From an uncultured Amylibacter sp. (GTDB lineage: Bacteria; Pseudomonadota; Alphaproteobacteria; Rhodobacterales; Rhodobacteraceae), in assembly GCA_937944065.1 (NCBI GenBank), contig CALDZS010000102.1, positions 1-39,587 on the forward strand: DNA of 39,587 bases, given 5' to 3'. Shown here piece after piece: positions 1 to 8,477 of this stretch (its first letter is position 1; every line of letters begins with the position of its first letter). The translations under genes and the position numbers were made by a program. The notes under the pieces are model-generated. The model saw only the letters and a list, made by a program, of their open reading frames with translations, was not told the origin of the DNA and ran no database searches.

Positions 1-117
1 AGGTTTACGTCTTCCACTACGGTCGACCCAACAACAACTTACGGGATCAGCGGGTCGATAGATGGCTTCTCGACAGGCCGCTCTGCTGGTGGCATAGCGA
101 CAGGATGCGGAAATTGA
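1..117 (+). CDS. Possible 3' end of an unidentified gene (partial, open at window edge)
   Basis: Frame 1 is open from base 1 to TGA at 115-117 (RFTSSTTVDPTTTYGISGSIDGFSTGRSAGGIATGCGN*). It is followed 8 bp later by an ATG starting a signal-peptide-like ORF. Confidence 0.35.
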   Translation, partial: RFTSSTTVDPTTTYGISGSIDGFSTGRSAGGIATGCGN

Positions 118-125
118 AACGAACG

Positions 126-212
126 ATGAGTTTTAGCATGCTTAAAAGACACTTCTTGGCGGCAATTGCCGCGTTGGTCCTCACGGTTGGCACAGCGCCA
201 ATTGCATCGGCA
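126..212 (+). pseudogene. 5' fragment (signal peptide only) of a secreted-protein gene, broken at the 191-212 junction
   Basis: MSFSMLKRHFLAAIAALVLTVGTAPIASA is a typical signal peptide (basic N-region, hydrophobic core, A-S-A site). After it the frame merely reads the antisense of proX. Confidence 0.45.
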
Positions 213-319
213 CCTGTCCACGTCAGATCAGCGATGGTGATTTTACCATCTGCCGCTGAAGCAGCAGTGGCTGTCAGCGCAAGAGCCGTTGTGGCCACTA
301 GTGTTTTCAAAATATTCAT
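191..319 (-). pseudogene. proX: Glycine betaine/proline ABC transporter substrate-binding protein, 5' fragment only (truncated at junction)
   Basis: AGGAGAG RBS, signal peptide MNILKTLVATTALALTATAASA, then ADGKITIADLTWTGADAI, resembling the ProX/OpuAC N-terminus. It lies directly downstream of proV-proW. Similarity stops after ~43 codons and the frame ends at 47. Confidence 0.7.
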
Positions 320-385
320 TTTCTCTCCTTGTTGAGCTGCAATTTTGTCATGTCGAAACCGCCCGCAGCAGGCGACTCCAATTGG

Positions 386-1975
386 TTAACTTTGTCCATT
401 ATTGGCCTTTTGCACTACGCGGTCAATCATCATGGCAAGCAAAGCAATGCCGATACCCGCCAACACACCTTTGCCCGTGTCTGAATTTGCAAGCGCGCGC
501 GTGACGAGGAACCCCATCCCACCGGCACCAATCAGTGCCGCAACCACAACCATTGATAGTGACATCATCACCACTTGGTTAACGCCTGCCATGATTGACG
601 GCATGGCCAGTGGCAATTCTACCTTGGTCAGCAATTGACGTGGCGAGGCACCAAAGGCCAACGCCGCCTCTTTGGTGCTTTCTGGCACATGTTGGATGCC
701 CAAGGATGTCAGACGCACCATTGGTGGCATTGCAAAGATAACTGTCGCCAAGATGCCAGGGACAACGCCAATGCCGAAAAAGGCCACAGCAGGCAACAGG
801 TAAACGAATGATGGGATCGTTTGCATTATATCGAGTATCGGTGTGACTATTGCTTTGCCTCGGCTAGACTTGCCAACCCAGACCCCCAAAGGCAGACCCA
901 TGACGATACAGACACAAGTGGCTGAAGCAACCAAAGACAGTGTTTCCATTGCTGTAAGCCAAAACCCAAATAGGGCAAGATAAGTTAGCGACGCACCGAC
1001 GAAAATCGTAATCCTGATCCCTGCCGCATAATAGGCTATTGCCAAAAGCGCACCCATCATAATTGGCCACGGCGTTCCCGCGAAAATTGCAGTAATCGCG
1101 CCTAATAATCCGTTTAAGACGCTGACAATACCGTCGAATATGTAGCTGTAAAAACCTGTCAAATATTTAACGACATTCTCGATCTTGCCAGATGTGTATG
1201 TATGTAAGTTAATCGGTGTCTTGTTTGTTGGCGCCGTCCGCTCGACATACCGCGTCCCATCTTTAGCACGCTTAACGTCATACTTGTCCGGGCGATCAAT
1301 CCAGAACAAAGTTGGAAAGTCCGAAATGACCTTACAGTTGAACTTGTCTTGGAAGGAAAACTCTTCGCCTTTGGCGATGGCGCGGTCTTGCTTCACGCAA
1401 GTCCGCGCATCAGGGGCGAACTGAGTAGACCGGTACAACATTAGTGGTGCGATCAGTGCTACGATAACTGCCAGCATAACCCAACGGCTTGTCTTTGATC
1501 CGCTTTGTTTCGTGTGGTCAACGCGCCATGCATTATATTGGCGGAAATATATGCGGTCAGCCAGCCAGCCAAAAAAGATGCGTCCCAGGATAAAGATGAT
1601 GATCGCGGACATGATGGAACTGCTAGTCCAGTTTTCATACCGTTCGATCAGGAACATTTTATTCTGTGCGGCAGCTTCGTTCCCTGCCGCTTTGAATTTC
1701 TCAACATCTAGCAAAACGGACCCAGTTGCCGTTTTGAATTTATACGCGGCCCCTAGATAAACCAAGGCTACAAGATCGATGAAAAACCCAATCCAAAACA
1801 GCAGCCAGTTGGCGCGCAGTGATGCCCAAAAGAAGCCCCCCAATGCTGCGGCTTTGTTAACGTGCCATTTCGACAGAGTTTCTTGCTGAACCTTCAAAAA
1901 AGTGGTGGCGTAATAGTCGCCGTTTTTTTCTGCGAATTCTTTAAACGGTTTCAATGTAGTTTCAGTAACACTCAT
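386..1975 (-). CDS. proW: Glycine betaine/proline ABC transporter permease with long N-terminal extension
   Basis: C-terminal half has ProW motifs (PILDIMQTIPSFVYLLP, EAA loop EAALAFGASPRQLLTKVELPLA, AGVNQVVMMSLSMVV). ATG at 1975 is 1 bp from the proV stop. Confidence 0.9.
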   Translation of the reverse strand: MSVTETTLKPFKEFAEKNGDYYATTFLKVQQETLSKWHVNKAAALGGFFWASLRANWLLFWIGFFIDLVALVYLGAAYKFKTATGSVLLDVEKFKAAGNEAAAQNKMFLIERYENWTSSSIMSAIIIFILGRIFFGWLADRIYFRQYNAWRVDHTKQSGSKTSRWVMLAVIVALIAPLMLYRSTQFAPDARTCVKQDRAIAKGEEFSFQDKFNCKVISDFPTLFWIDRPDKYDVKRAKDGTRYVERTAPTNKTPINLHTYTSGKIENVVKYLTGFYSYIFDGIVSVLNGLLGAITAIFAGTPWPIMMGALLAIAYYAAGIRITIFVGASLTYLALFGFWLTAMETLSLVASATCVCIVMGLPLGVWVGKSSRGKAIVTPILDIMQTIPSFVYLLPAVAFFGIGVVPGILATVIFAMPPMVRLTSLGIQHVPESTKEAALAFGASPRQLLTKVELPLAMPSIMAGVNQVVMMSLSMVVVAALIGAGGMGFLVTRALANSDTGKGVLAGIGIALLAMMIDRVVQKANNGQS

Positions 1976-1976
1976 T

Positions 1977-3041
1977 TTATGAGTCCCCTCGAATTGCATG
2001 TAGCAGACTGTCTTTGGTCACAACGCCGACAGGTTTTCCTTCGTCCATAATGATAATTGGTTTATCTTGATCCACGGCCTTGGCGACTAATGCGTCCAAA
2101 TCATCCTCTGTCCCTGCCTGCGGGCAAGATTTCAGCGCGGGTAGTTTTTTGTGCTTCGCTTCATATTCTGCAACAGGCACCATTACAGTGTGTGCGAAGA
2201 CTAGCTTCAGTTTCGAAATTCCTTGCACGAATTTAGCAACATATTCGTCGGTCGGATTTGTGACGATTTCTTCGGGTGTACCGATCTGTACAATTTCGCC
2301 ATCTTTCATGATCGCGATGCGCGTTCCCATACGGATCGCTTCGTCCAAATCGTGGGTGATGAAAAGAGTGGTTTTGTTCATGACTTTGGACAGTGCCAAA
2401 AACTCGTCTTGCAGGCCGCGACGGATCAATGGGTCTAGGGCCGAGAATGGTTCGTCCATCAACAGAATTTCGGGATCAGCGGCCAGCGCGCGGGCAAGGC
2501 CCACGCGTTGTTGCATGCCGCCTGACAGTTCAGACGGATAACGGTCGCCGTAGCCTTGCAAGCTGACTTTCTCGATGACTTCTTCTGCAACTTGTGCACG
2601 TGTGAACGCGTCGACATTGCGCAACTCTAATGCGAAGGATATGTTTTCAGATACTGTACGGTGCGGTAACAAAGACATGTTTTGGAATACCATGCCGATT
2701 TCATCAGCACGCATAGCACGCAGGTCTTCTGCATTTAATCCACCGACATCAGTCCCGTTGATCAAAATTTCGCCAGCCGTTGGTTCAATCAATCTGTTGA
2801 TGTGACGGACGAGTGTTGATTTGCCAGACCCAGATAGGCCCATGATGCAGAACACCTCGCCTTTGTAGACCTCGATAGATACGTCGCGCACGCCGATCAC
2901 GCATTCGAACTTTTCCAGTGCTTCTGCTTTGGACAAGTTGTCGCGCTTTATTTCTTCCAGCGCTTGGTCAGCCTGTTCGCCAAAAATCTTCCAAACATTT
3001 TTGCACGAGATGACAGGCTTGCCACGTTCCATATTGGTCAT
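1977..3041 (-). CDS. proV: Glycine betaine/proline ABC transporter ATP-binding protein
   Basis: Walker A GLSGSGKS, signature LSGGMQQRV, Walker B LLMDEPFSALDPLIR, C-terminal CBS-like tail. Start set at ATG 3041 behind an AGGGGG RBS. Confidence 0.93.
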   Translation of the reverse strand: MTNMERGKPVISCKNVWKIFGEQADQALEEIKRDNLSKAEALEKFECVIGVRDVSIEVYKGEVFCIMGLSGSGKSTLVRHINRLIEPTAGEILINGTDVGGLNAEDLRAMRADEIGMVFQNMSLLPHRTVSENISFALELRNVDAFTRAQVAEEVIEKVSLQGYGDRYPSELSGGMQQRVGLARALAADPEILLMDEPFSALDPLIRRGLQDEFLALSKVMNKTTLFITHDLDEAIRMGTRIAIMKDGEIVQIGTPEEIVTNPTDEYVAKFVQGISKLKLVFAHTVMVPVAEYEAKHKKLPALKSCPQAGTEDDLDALVAKAVDQDKPIIIMDEGKPVGVVTKDSLLHAIRGDS

Positions 3042-3277
3042 TAAATTCCCCCTAAGTTTCCTGATCTTGCGAACCGTTTTCACGATTGCCGTCAGATATT
3101 GTTGCATAGTGTCGCGACTTGCACTGATCGGTTCAAGGGTTAAGTTGGAAAATTTCAAGGGAAACGGCTGATTTTTGCCTTGGTAACGGTGTGTTTACCA
3201 CTGTGGACTTGCATTCGATCCGTTCACCATAGATGTTTGCGAATATTGTATTTATTCACAAAAACGGAGCCTCCCCC

Positions 3278-3850
3278 ATGAAAAATGTAATTCTTGCCGC
3301 CGCTTTGGCGCTTTCGTCGACCGCTGCCTTTGCAGAGCCAGTAAAGTATTCATTTGACGCCAGCCACAGCCAGGTCATCTTCTCGTACAAACATTTTGGT
3401 TTTTCTACGACATTCGGCATGTTCTCTGGCTTTGACGGCGAGATTATGTTTGACGCCGATGCACCTGCAACATCTAGCGTGACAGTGTCTATGCCGGTGA
3501 AATCAATGTTCACTGGTTGGGAAAAGCGCGATGGGCACTTCCAATCACCTGACTTCTTCGGTTCATCAGGAGAAGAATTAGTTAGCTTTAAATCAACAAG
3601 TATCGAAGTGACTGGCGATAACACAGCCATGATCACAGGTGACATGACAATCAATGGCGTAACTAAATCTGTCGCCCTAGATACGGTCATGAACAAATCT
3701 GGCGCGCACCCAATGGCTGGCAAAGCATGGCTTGGCTTTGACGCCAAAGCGACCATCCTGCGCAGTGACTATGGCCTTGGTAAATTTGCACCGAATGTCA
3801 GCGACGAAGTTGACCTTATGATTTCTATCGAAGCGGGTGCAGCGGGTTAA
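3278..3850 (+). CDS. YceI family periplasmic lipid/polyisoprenoid-binding protein
   Basis: Signal peptide, Y-x-F-D-A-S-H-S, RDGHFQSPDFF, GDMTINGVTK, RSDYGLG motifs. ATG 3278 after a GGAG RBS. Confidence 0.92.
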   Translation: MKNVILAAALALSSTAAFAEPVKYSFDASHSQVIFSYKHFGFSTTFGMFSGFDGEIMFDADAPATSSVTVSMPVKSMFTGWEKRDGHFQSPDFFGSSGEELVSFKSTSIEVTGDNTAMITGDMTINGVTKSVALDTVMNKSGAHPMAGKAWLGFDAKATILRSDYGLGKFAPNVSDEVDLMISIEAGAAG

Positions 3851-3868
3851 TCCACAAAACTGAAATTT

Positions 3869-3901
3869 AAAACGCGCCGTAAATTTACGGCGCGTTTTTT
3901 T
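3869..3901. terminator. Bidirectional intrinsic terminator between convergent genes
   Basis: Perfect 30-bp palindrome AAAACGCGCCGTAAATTTACGGCGCGTTTT (3869-3898) with T/A tracts on both sides. Confidence 0.8.
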
Positions 3902-5072
3902 GTGCCGTCAGGTCAATACTTATATCGACCGCAAAGCCAATGTTATCCTCGGTCTTTTGATTGTCACCAACGTTAAATCCGCGCCGATCAATGCGTGCCT
4001 TGCCTTTGGCAACGGCGTTGCCGTCAGTCATATTTAAGGTGAATGGTAATTGAACGGGCAATGTTACCCCGCGCAGGGTTAATTGGCCGTCGACCATTAG
4101 GCCTAAGTCTGTTGCAACTATCGGTCCAGTAAACTGCGCAGTTGGGAACGCCTCGGAATTGAAATAATCTGAGCCAAGCGCGTCGCTGGTCAGCTGTCCC
4201 AACTGAACTGATGTTATTGCGATGGTCACATCAACATCGCCAGTCTGTTCAGTTTCATCATAGTTGATCTGGGCCGTCCAATCTTCAAAACTACCAGTTA
4301 CTTGTCCACCGAATTGAACAAAGCTGATCGATAGTGTGCCTTCGGTCACTGACCATTGGCTTTCGACAGAGGAGAGTTTTTTAACCGCCTCAGCATCATG
4401 TGTCTGAAGTCCAAGAACCGAACCAGCTAAAAGGGCCACGGCATAAACGCCGAAGGCGGCTTTCATGGGTGTTTTACTGTGTGGAGTGATTGGCGGCGCA
4501 CCTAAATTTGGCTGTCCGGGCAACATGCGGCGTAATGTATTATCTTTGTCTATAATGTGATGCTTCATCGCACCGGCGAAATGGGCCAAGAATGTAACGC
4601 CCAGAACCTTGGTGAATACAAAATGCAAGCTTTCAAAAAATTCTGCCACTGCAACTGATTTCGGCACAAAGGGTAGGGACTGCCCCAATGGCCAAAGGAT
4701 CGGGGCAAAGCCTTCGACGGCGGCGTGATGCAACCATCCAGTCAATGGGACCAAAAGCATCGAGATATACAGTAACCAATGCGCCAGCTCTGCTGCAAAC
4801 GCCTCTAGCTTATGTTCTGCGTTCAATAAGGTTGGCTTTACTTGGGTCAGGGTCCAAAATATTCGCGCGAGGGCGATGAAGAAGATCGAAACGCCGATCG
4901 TTTTGTGAATGGAATAAATCCATGCGAGGCGGGTGAGCCCAGCTTCGGTACTACTGTCTGAATTTCCGGCGATGATCCCAAGAGCAAATGCCGATATGAT
5001 AAACAACGCTGTGATCCAGTGGAAAAACTTGGCGGCACTTCCATAATGAAGCTGCGTGTTGCGCGATCCCAT
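3885..5072 (-). CDS. Cytochrome b561 (YceJ-like) fused to a C-terminal YceI domain
   Basis: N-terminal haem-ligand motifs FHWITA, HKTIG, HWLLY, H..AHFAGAMKHH. C-terminal YceI-like YFNSEAFPTAQF, GQLTLRGVT, IDRRGFNVG. Confidence 0.9.
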   Translation of the reverse strand: MGSRNTQLHYGSAAKFFHWITALFIISAFALGIIAGNSDSSTEAGLTRLAWIYSIHKTIGVSIFFIALARIFWTLTQVKPTLLNAEHKLEAFAAELAHWLLYISMLLVPLTGWLHHAAVEGFAPILWPLGQSLPFVPKSVAVAEFFESLHFVFTKVLGVTFLAHFAGAMKHHIIDKDNTLRRMLPGQPNLGAPPITPHSKTPMKAAFGVYAVALLAGSVLGLQTHDAEAVKKLSSVESQWSVTEGTLSISFVQFGGQVTGSFEDWTAQINYDETEQTGDVDVTIAITSVQLGQLTSDALGSDYFNSEAFPTAQFTGPIVATDLGLMVDGQLTLRGVTLPVQLPFTLNMTDGNAVAKGKARIDRRGFNVGDNQKTEDNIGFAVDISIDLTAQKNAP

Positions 5073-5235
5073 AGTCTATTCCTTTTTCAGCGTTTACCAA
5101 TCTTAGCGCGGCTTTGGCGAAAGGAAAACGATATTGTCTGGGATTAGGTGACCCTCGTTGTGCATTTTGCAAATTTATTCACCAATCATATGATTTTTGC
5201 ATTGAACCTTCTGCATTGGCAGACTAAACGAATTT

Positions 5236-5312
<77 letters not shown>

Positions 5313-5319
5313 AATAAAG

Positions 5320-5345
5320 AAGCCACCTTTATCGGTGGTTTTTTT
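5320..5345 (+). terminator. Intrinsic terminator of the tRNA
   Basis: AAGCCACC-TTTATC-GGTGGTTT stem-loop followed by a T tract. Confidence 0.8.
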
Positions 5346-5418
5346 GTGACATGTCGCGACTTGGCGAAATATCTGCGATTGCACTTGTTATAGCGTGATA
5401 ATCCATTAGATCGTACAC

Positions 5419-6219
5419 ATGGGTATTCTATCAAAATTTTCAAAGAAACCGACCGTTGCCGTGGTGCGATTGGACGGTGTCATCGGTAGCGGTTCTCGCT
5501 TTGGCGGGCCAAGCTTGAACGACGCAGCAATTGCACCTTTGTTGGAGCGCGCGTTTCGAAAAGGCAAGCCAAAGGCTGTCGCCATCGCGCTTAATTCGCC
5601 TGGCGGGTCGCCAGTTCAATCATCTTTGATTGGAGCGCGTATTCGACGTTTGGCAGAAGAAACTGAAATCCCTGTTTACGCTTTCTGCGAAGATGTCGCT
5701 GCATCTGGCGGGTATTGGCTTGCGTGCGCTGCTGATTACATTTTTGTGGATAAAAGCACGATAATCGGATCAATCGGTGTGATTTCTGCCTCTTTCGGCC
5801 TTCAAGACTGGATGGCGAAAACAGGGATTGAACGTCGGGTTCACACGGCTGGCGAAAACAAAAGCATGGGTGATCCATTTCGTGCGGAGAAACCAGCAGA
5901 AGTGAAGCGTCTTAAAGCCTTACAAAAGGTTATCCACGATAATTTTATCGAGCAGGTACAGTCGCGCCGCGGCGATAAACTGGCCGACGAAAACCTGTTC
6001 ACTGGCGAGATTTGGGTCGGGCAAAAAGCGTTAGATCTGGGATTGGCCGATGGTTATGGCCATCTTGTTCCGACCATGAAAGCGACATTCGGCGACAAAG
6101 TGAAGTTTGCTGTCTATGGGCGCAAAAAACCTTTTCTTAGCAAGTTCGGATTAAATGTTACCCAAGACATTATTGCCAGCGTCGAGGATCGCGCCCACTG
6201 GGCAAGGTTCGGGATGTAA
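5419..6219 (+). CDS. S49 family peptidase (SppA/SohB-like)
   Basis: LNSPGGSPVQS, DVAASGGYWLA and IIGSIGV motifs. Confidence 0.92.
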   Translation: MGILSKFSKKPTVAVVRLDGVIGSGSRFGGPSLNDAAIAPLLERAFRKGKPKAVAIALNSPGGSPVQSSLIGARIRRLAEETEIPVYAFCEDVAASGGYWLACAADYIFVDKSTIIGSIGVISASFGLQDWMAKTGIERRVHTAGENKSMGDPFRAEKPAEVKRLKALQKVIHDNFIEQVQSRRGDKLADENLFTGEIWVGQKALDLGLADGYGHLVPTMKATFGDKVKFAVYGRKKPFLSKFGLNVTQDIIASVEDRAHWARFGM

Positions 6220-6222
6220 TAC

Positions 6223-6414
6223 ATGTCTAAAGTTGTCTTAATATTTCTGATCTTCATCATGGTGCTTGGCATTTTTGGTAAATTGCGTTTGCCCAAACTG
6301 CCGAAAACCCTAAAGCGTGGAAAAATAAAGACCGCAGATAAATGTGACCAGTGCGGCTCATATCTTTTCAAAGGTGTGACTTGTAAATGCAAAACGAAGA
6401 CCAAAATAAAATAA
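6223..6414 (+). CDS. Small membrane-anchored protein with C-terminal CxxC...CxC motif
   Basis: Fills the gap 3 bp after the S49 stop and 10 bp before the next start. N-terminal TM helix; KCDQCG...CKC. Confidence 0.7.
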   Translation: MSKVVLIFLIFIMVLGIFGKLRLPKLPKTLKRGKIKTADKCDQCGSYLFKGVTCKCKTKTKIK

Positions 6415-6424
6415 GGCACTAAGT

Positions 6425-7360
6425 ATGGATTGGGTATACGTGATTGCCGGTCTGGTAATCCTGATTGTCGGCGGTGATCTGTTGGTGCGCGGCGCTGTGG
6501 CGTTGGCGACCAAGCTGGGTATTTCAGCACTTGTTGTCAGCTTGACCGTGGTGGCGTTTGGTACATCTGCACCAGAACTTCTGATCGCTATCGAGGCTGC
6601 GTTGGACGGTGTCCCTGAACTTGCCTTGGGCAATGTGGTCGGGTCGAACACGGCCAATGTTTTGCTGGTTTTGGGTATACCCGCGCTGATATTCGGGCTG
6701 AATATGAAGCCAGTGCACTGCGACAAAAGCTATTTTTACATGCTTTTTGGCACTGCAATCTTTATTGCGTTGTGCTGGACAACCCCGTTACAGATTTGGC
6801 AAGGCGTGATCATGATCGCTGCATTGGCCTTCGTATTGATTAGCACCTACCGCGAGGCGATGGGGTCGCGCGAAAAGTTGGCAGAGTTGGAGAGCGAGGT
6901 TGATACCGCAGAAATAGAGACATGGAAAATGTGGGCATTTCTTGTTGTTGGCCTTATCGCGCTGCCGTTGGGTGCGAATTTCTTGATTAACGGTGCGACC
7001 AGCATTGCGTCAGCCTTTGGTGTGTCCGAGGCGATCATTGGTTTGACCCTAGTCGCACTTGGCACCTCATTGCCTGAATTGGCTACCACGGTGGCCGCCG
7101 CCATGCGACGCCAGGCCGACGTGGCAGTGGGAAATGTCGTGGGATCAAACATGTTTAATCTGTTGGCTATTCCGGGTATTGCCACATTCTTTGGCGACCT
7201 GACTGTTCCCGCCAGCTTCTTTACGGTTGATCTGTGGGTCATGTTGACCGCATCGCTTGTACTGATCCCATTTGTGCTGTTCAAATGGAACATGACGCGC
7301 CTTTGGGGCTTCGTCTTTGTTGCGTGCTATTGTGGATATGTGGCACTGTTGCTGATATAA
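6425..7360 (+). CDS. Calcium/sodium antiporter (CaCA family, YrbG-like)
   Basis: Two alpha-repeats: VAFGTSAPEL...GNVVGSN and VALGTSLPEL...GNVVGSN. Confidence 0.93.
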   Translation: MDWVYVIAGLVILIVGGDLLVRGAVALATKLGISALVVSLTVVAFGTSAPELLIAIEAALDGVPELALGNVVGSNTANVLLVLGIPALIFGLNMKPVHCDKSYFYMLFGTAIFIALCWTTPLQIWQGVIMIAALAFVLISTYREAMGSREKLAELESEVDTAEIETWKMWAFLVVGLIALPLGANFLINGATSIASAFGVSEAIIGLTLVALGTSLPELATTVAAAMRRQADVAVGNVVGSNMFNLLAIPGIATFFGDLTVPASFFTVDLWVMLTASLVLIPFVLFKWNMTRLWGFVFVACYCGYVALLLI

Positions 7361-7370
7361 CGAGGGCGCT

Positions 7371-8159
7371 ATGAACTATCGTGCAGCAATGATAACAGGT
7401 GCATCCCAACGATTAGGGCGCGCAATGGCACTGTCACTGGCAGCGCGCGGAACGGCTGTCGCCGTGCATTATTCATCTAGCAAAGACGCCGCCTTGCAAA
7501 CGGTGAAGGATATCCAATCCGCCGGAGGCGCCGCTGCCGCTGTGCATGCAGATCTGCTGGACGAAACACAGACAGCAGGGTTGGTTGATCAGGCCCGCGA
7601 CGCTTTGAACAACGATCTGGATGTCTTGATCAACAATGCATCTATTTTTGAATATGACACGATCGAGACCGCTAGCCTCGACAGTTGGAGCCGCCACATG
7701 GGTTCCAATCTAAGAGCACCGTTTGTCCTGATGCAGAAGTTCGCACAGCAGGTTAGAACCACCAGCGTGGACCCTAAGAAGGAACAAACAGCACAGGCCT
7801 GCGTGATCAACATGATTGATCAGCGAGTTCGCAAGTTAACACCAGAATTTATGACATACACTCTGGCGAAATCTGCCCTTTGGACCTTAACGCAAACAGG
7901 TGCACAGGCATTAGCGCCGAATATTCGGGTCAATGCAATTGGGCCTGGCCCTACGATGATCGGCGCGCGGCAATCTCAAGATCATTTTGAACGTCAACGC
8001 TTGTCAACGATTTTGCAGCGTGGCGCAGACTCAGACGGCATCGTTGATGCATTGCAATATCTATTGGACGCACAATCCGTGACAGGACAGTTGATCTGTG
8101 TCGATGGCGGCCAGCATCTGGGCTGGAAAACCCCCGATATACTTGGCGTCGATCCGTAA
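7371..8159 (+). CDS. SDR family oxidoreductase, pteridine reductase/FolM-like
   Basis: TGASQRLG, VHY, LINNAS, YTLAK (YxxxK), RVNAIGPG, VDGG. Confidence 0.88.
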   Translation: MNYRAAMITGASQRLGRAMALSLAARGTAVAVHYSSSKDAALQTVKDIQSAGGAAAAVHADLLDETQTAGLVDQARDALNNDLDVLINNASIFEYDTIETASLDSWSRHMGSNLRAPFVLMQKFAQQVRTTSVDPKKEQTAQACVINMIDQRVRKLTPEFMTYTLAKSALWTLTQTGAQALAPNIRVNAIGPGPTMIGARQSQDHFERQRLSTILQRGADSDGIVDALQYLLDAQSVTGQLICVDGGQHLGWKTPDILGVDP

Positions 8160-8477
8160 AAGTCTCATTTTTTCATGACTCAAATATTCGATCTCGATTC
8201 GATTTGTCCACTTTTGCTTGTCAAATTCACGAACTGTAAATTTTCTGTAACGTTTTCAGCTATTTGCCCGAGGTTGAAAGAAATTACATAATGAAAACAA
8301 TGCTTTATGATAGTGCTCAAATATTAGGCATTTTACAGAAATAGGCCAAAACAAACGAAACTTTCCGCATTTTTAAAAGTTATCCTCAGACTTATCCACA
8401 GGTTTAGTGGAGCGAATATTTCTTGTCATGCGCTGGTTTTCAGTGCAGGCGGTTAAAGAATCGGGCAGTAAGGACAT
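8160..8477. other. Candidate chromosomal replication origin (oriC)
   Basis: Longest non-coding spacer in the window, ~33% GC by hand count over 8161-8400. Perfect DnaA box at 8392-8400, near-boxes at 8380-8388 and 8204-8212, IHF-like site at 8295-8307, three GANTC sites. Confidence 0.6.
8380..8400 (+). promoter_or_regulatory. Tandem DnaA boxes
   Basis: TTATCCTCA (1 mismatch), GAC spacer, then TTATCCACA (perfect consensus). Confidence 0.75.

Noticed and set aside
3125-3137. TTGAACCGATCAG (- strand) as a BetI operator for the betaine transporter
   Set aside because: Spacing does not clearly fit the dyad as I know it, and it is equally explained as a -35 hexamer.
3042-3158. N-terminal extension of proV (similar over-long starts for ubiA, rsmE, yceI)
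   Set aside because: Downstream ATGs have better RBS or operon context, and the extensions have no family-like sequence.
8160-8477. CtrA boxes in the putative origin
   Set aside because: No TTAA-N7-TTAA match found by eye; only isolated TTAA tetramers.
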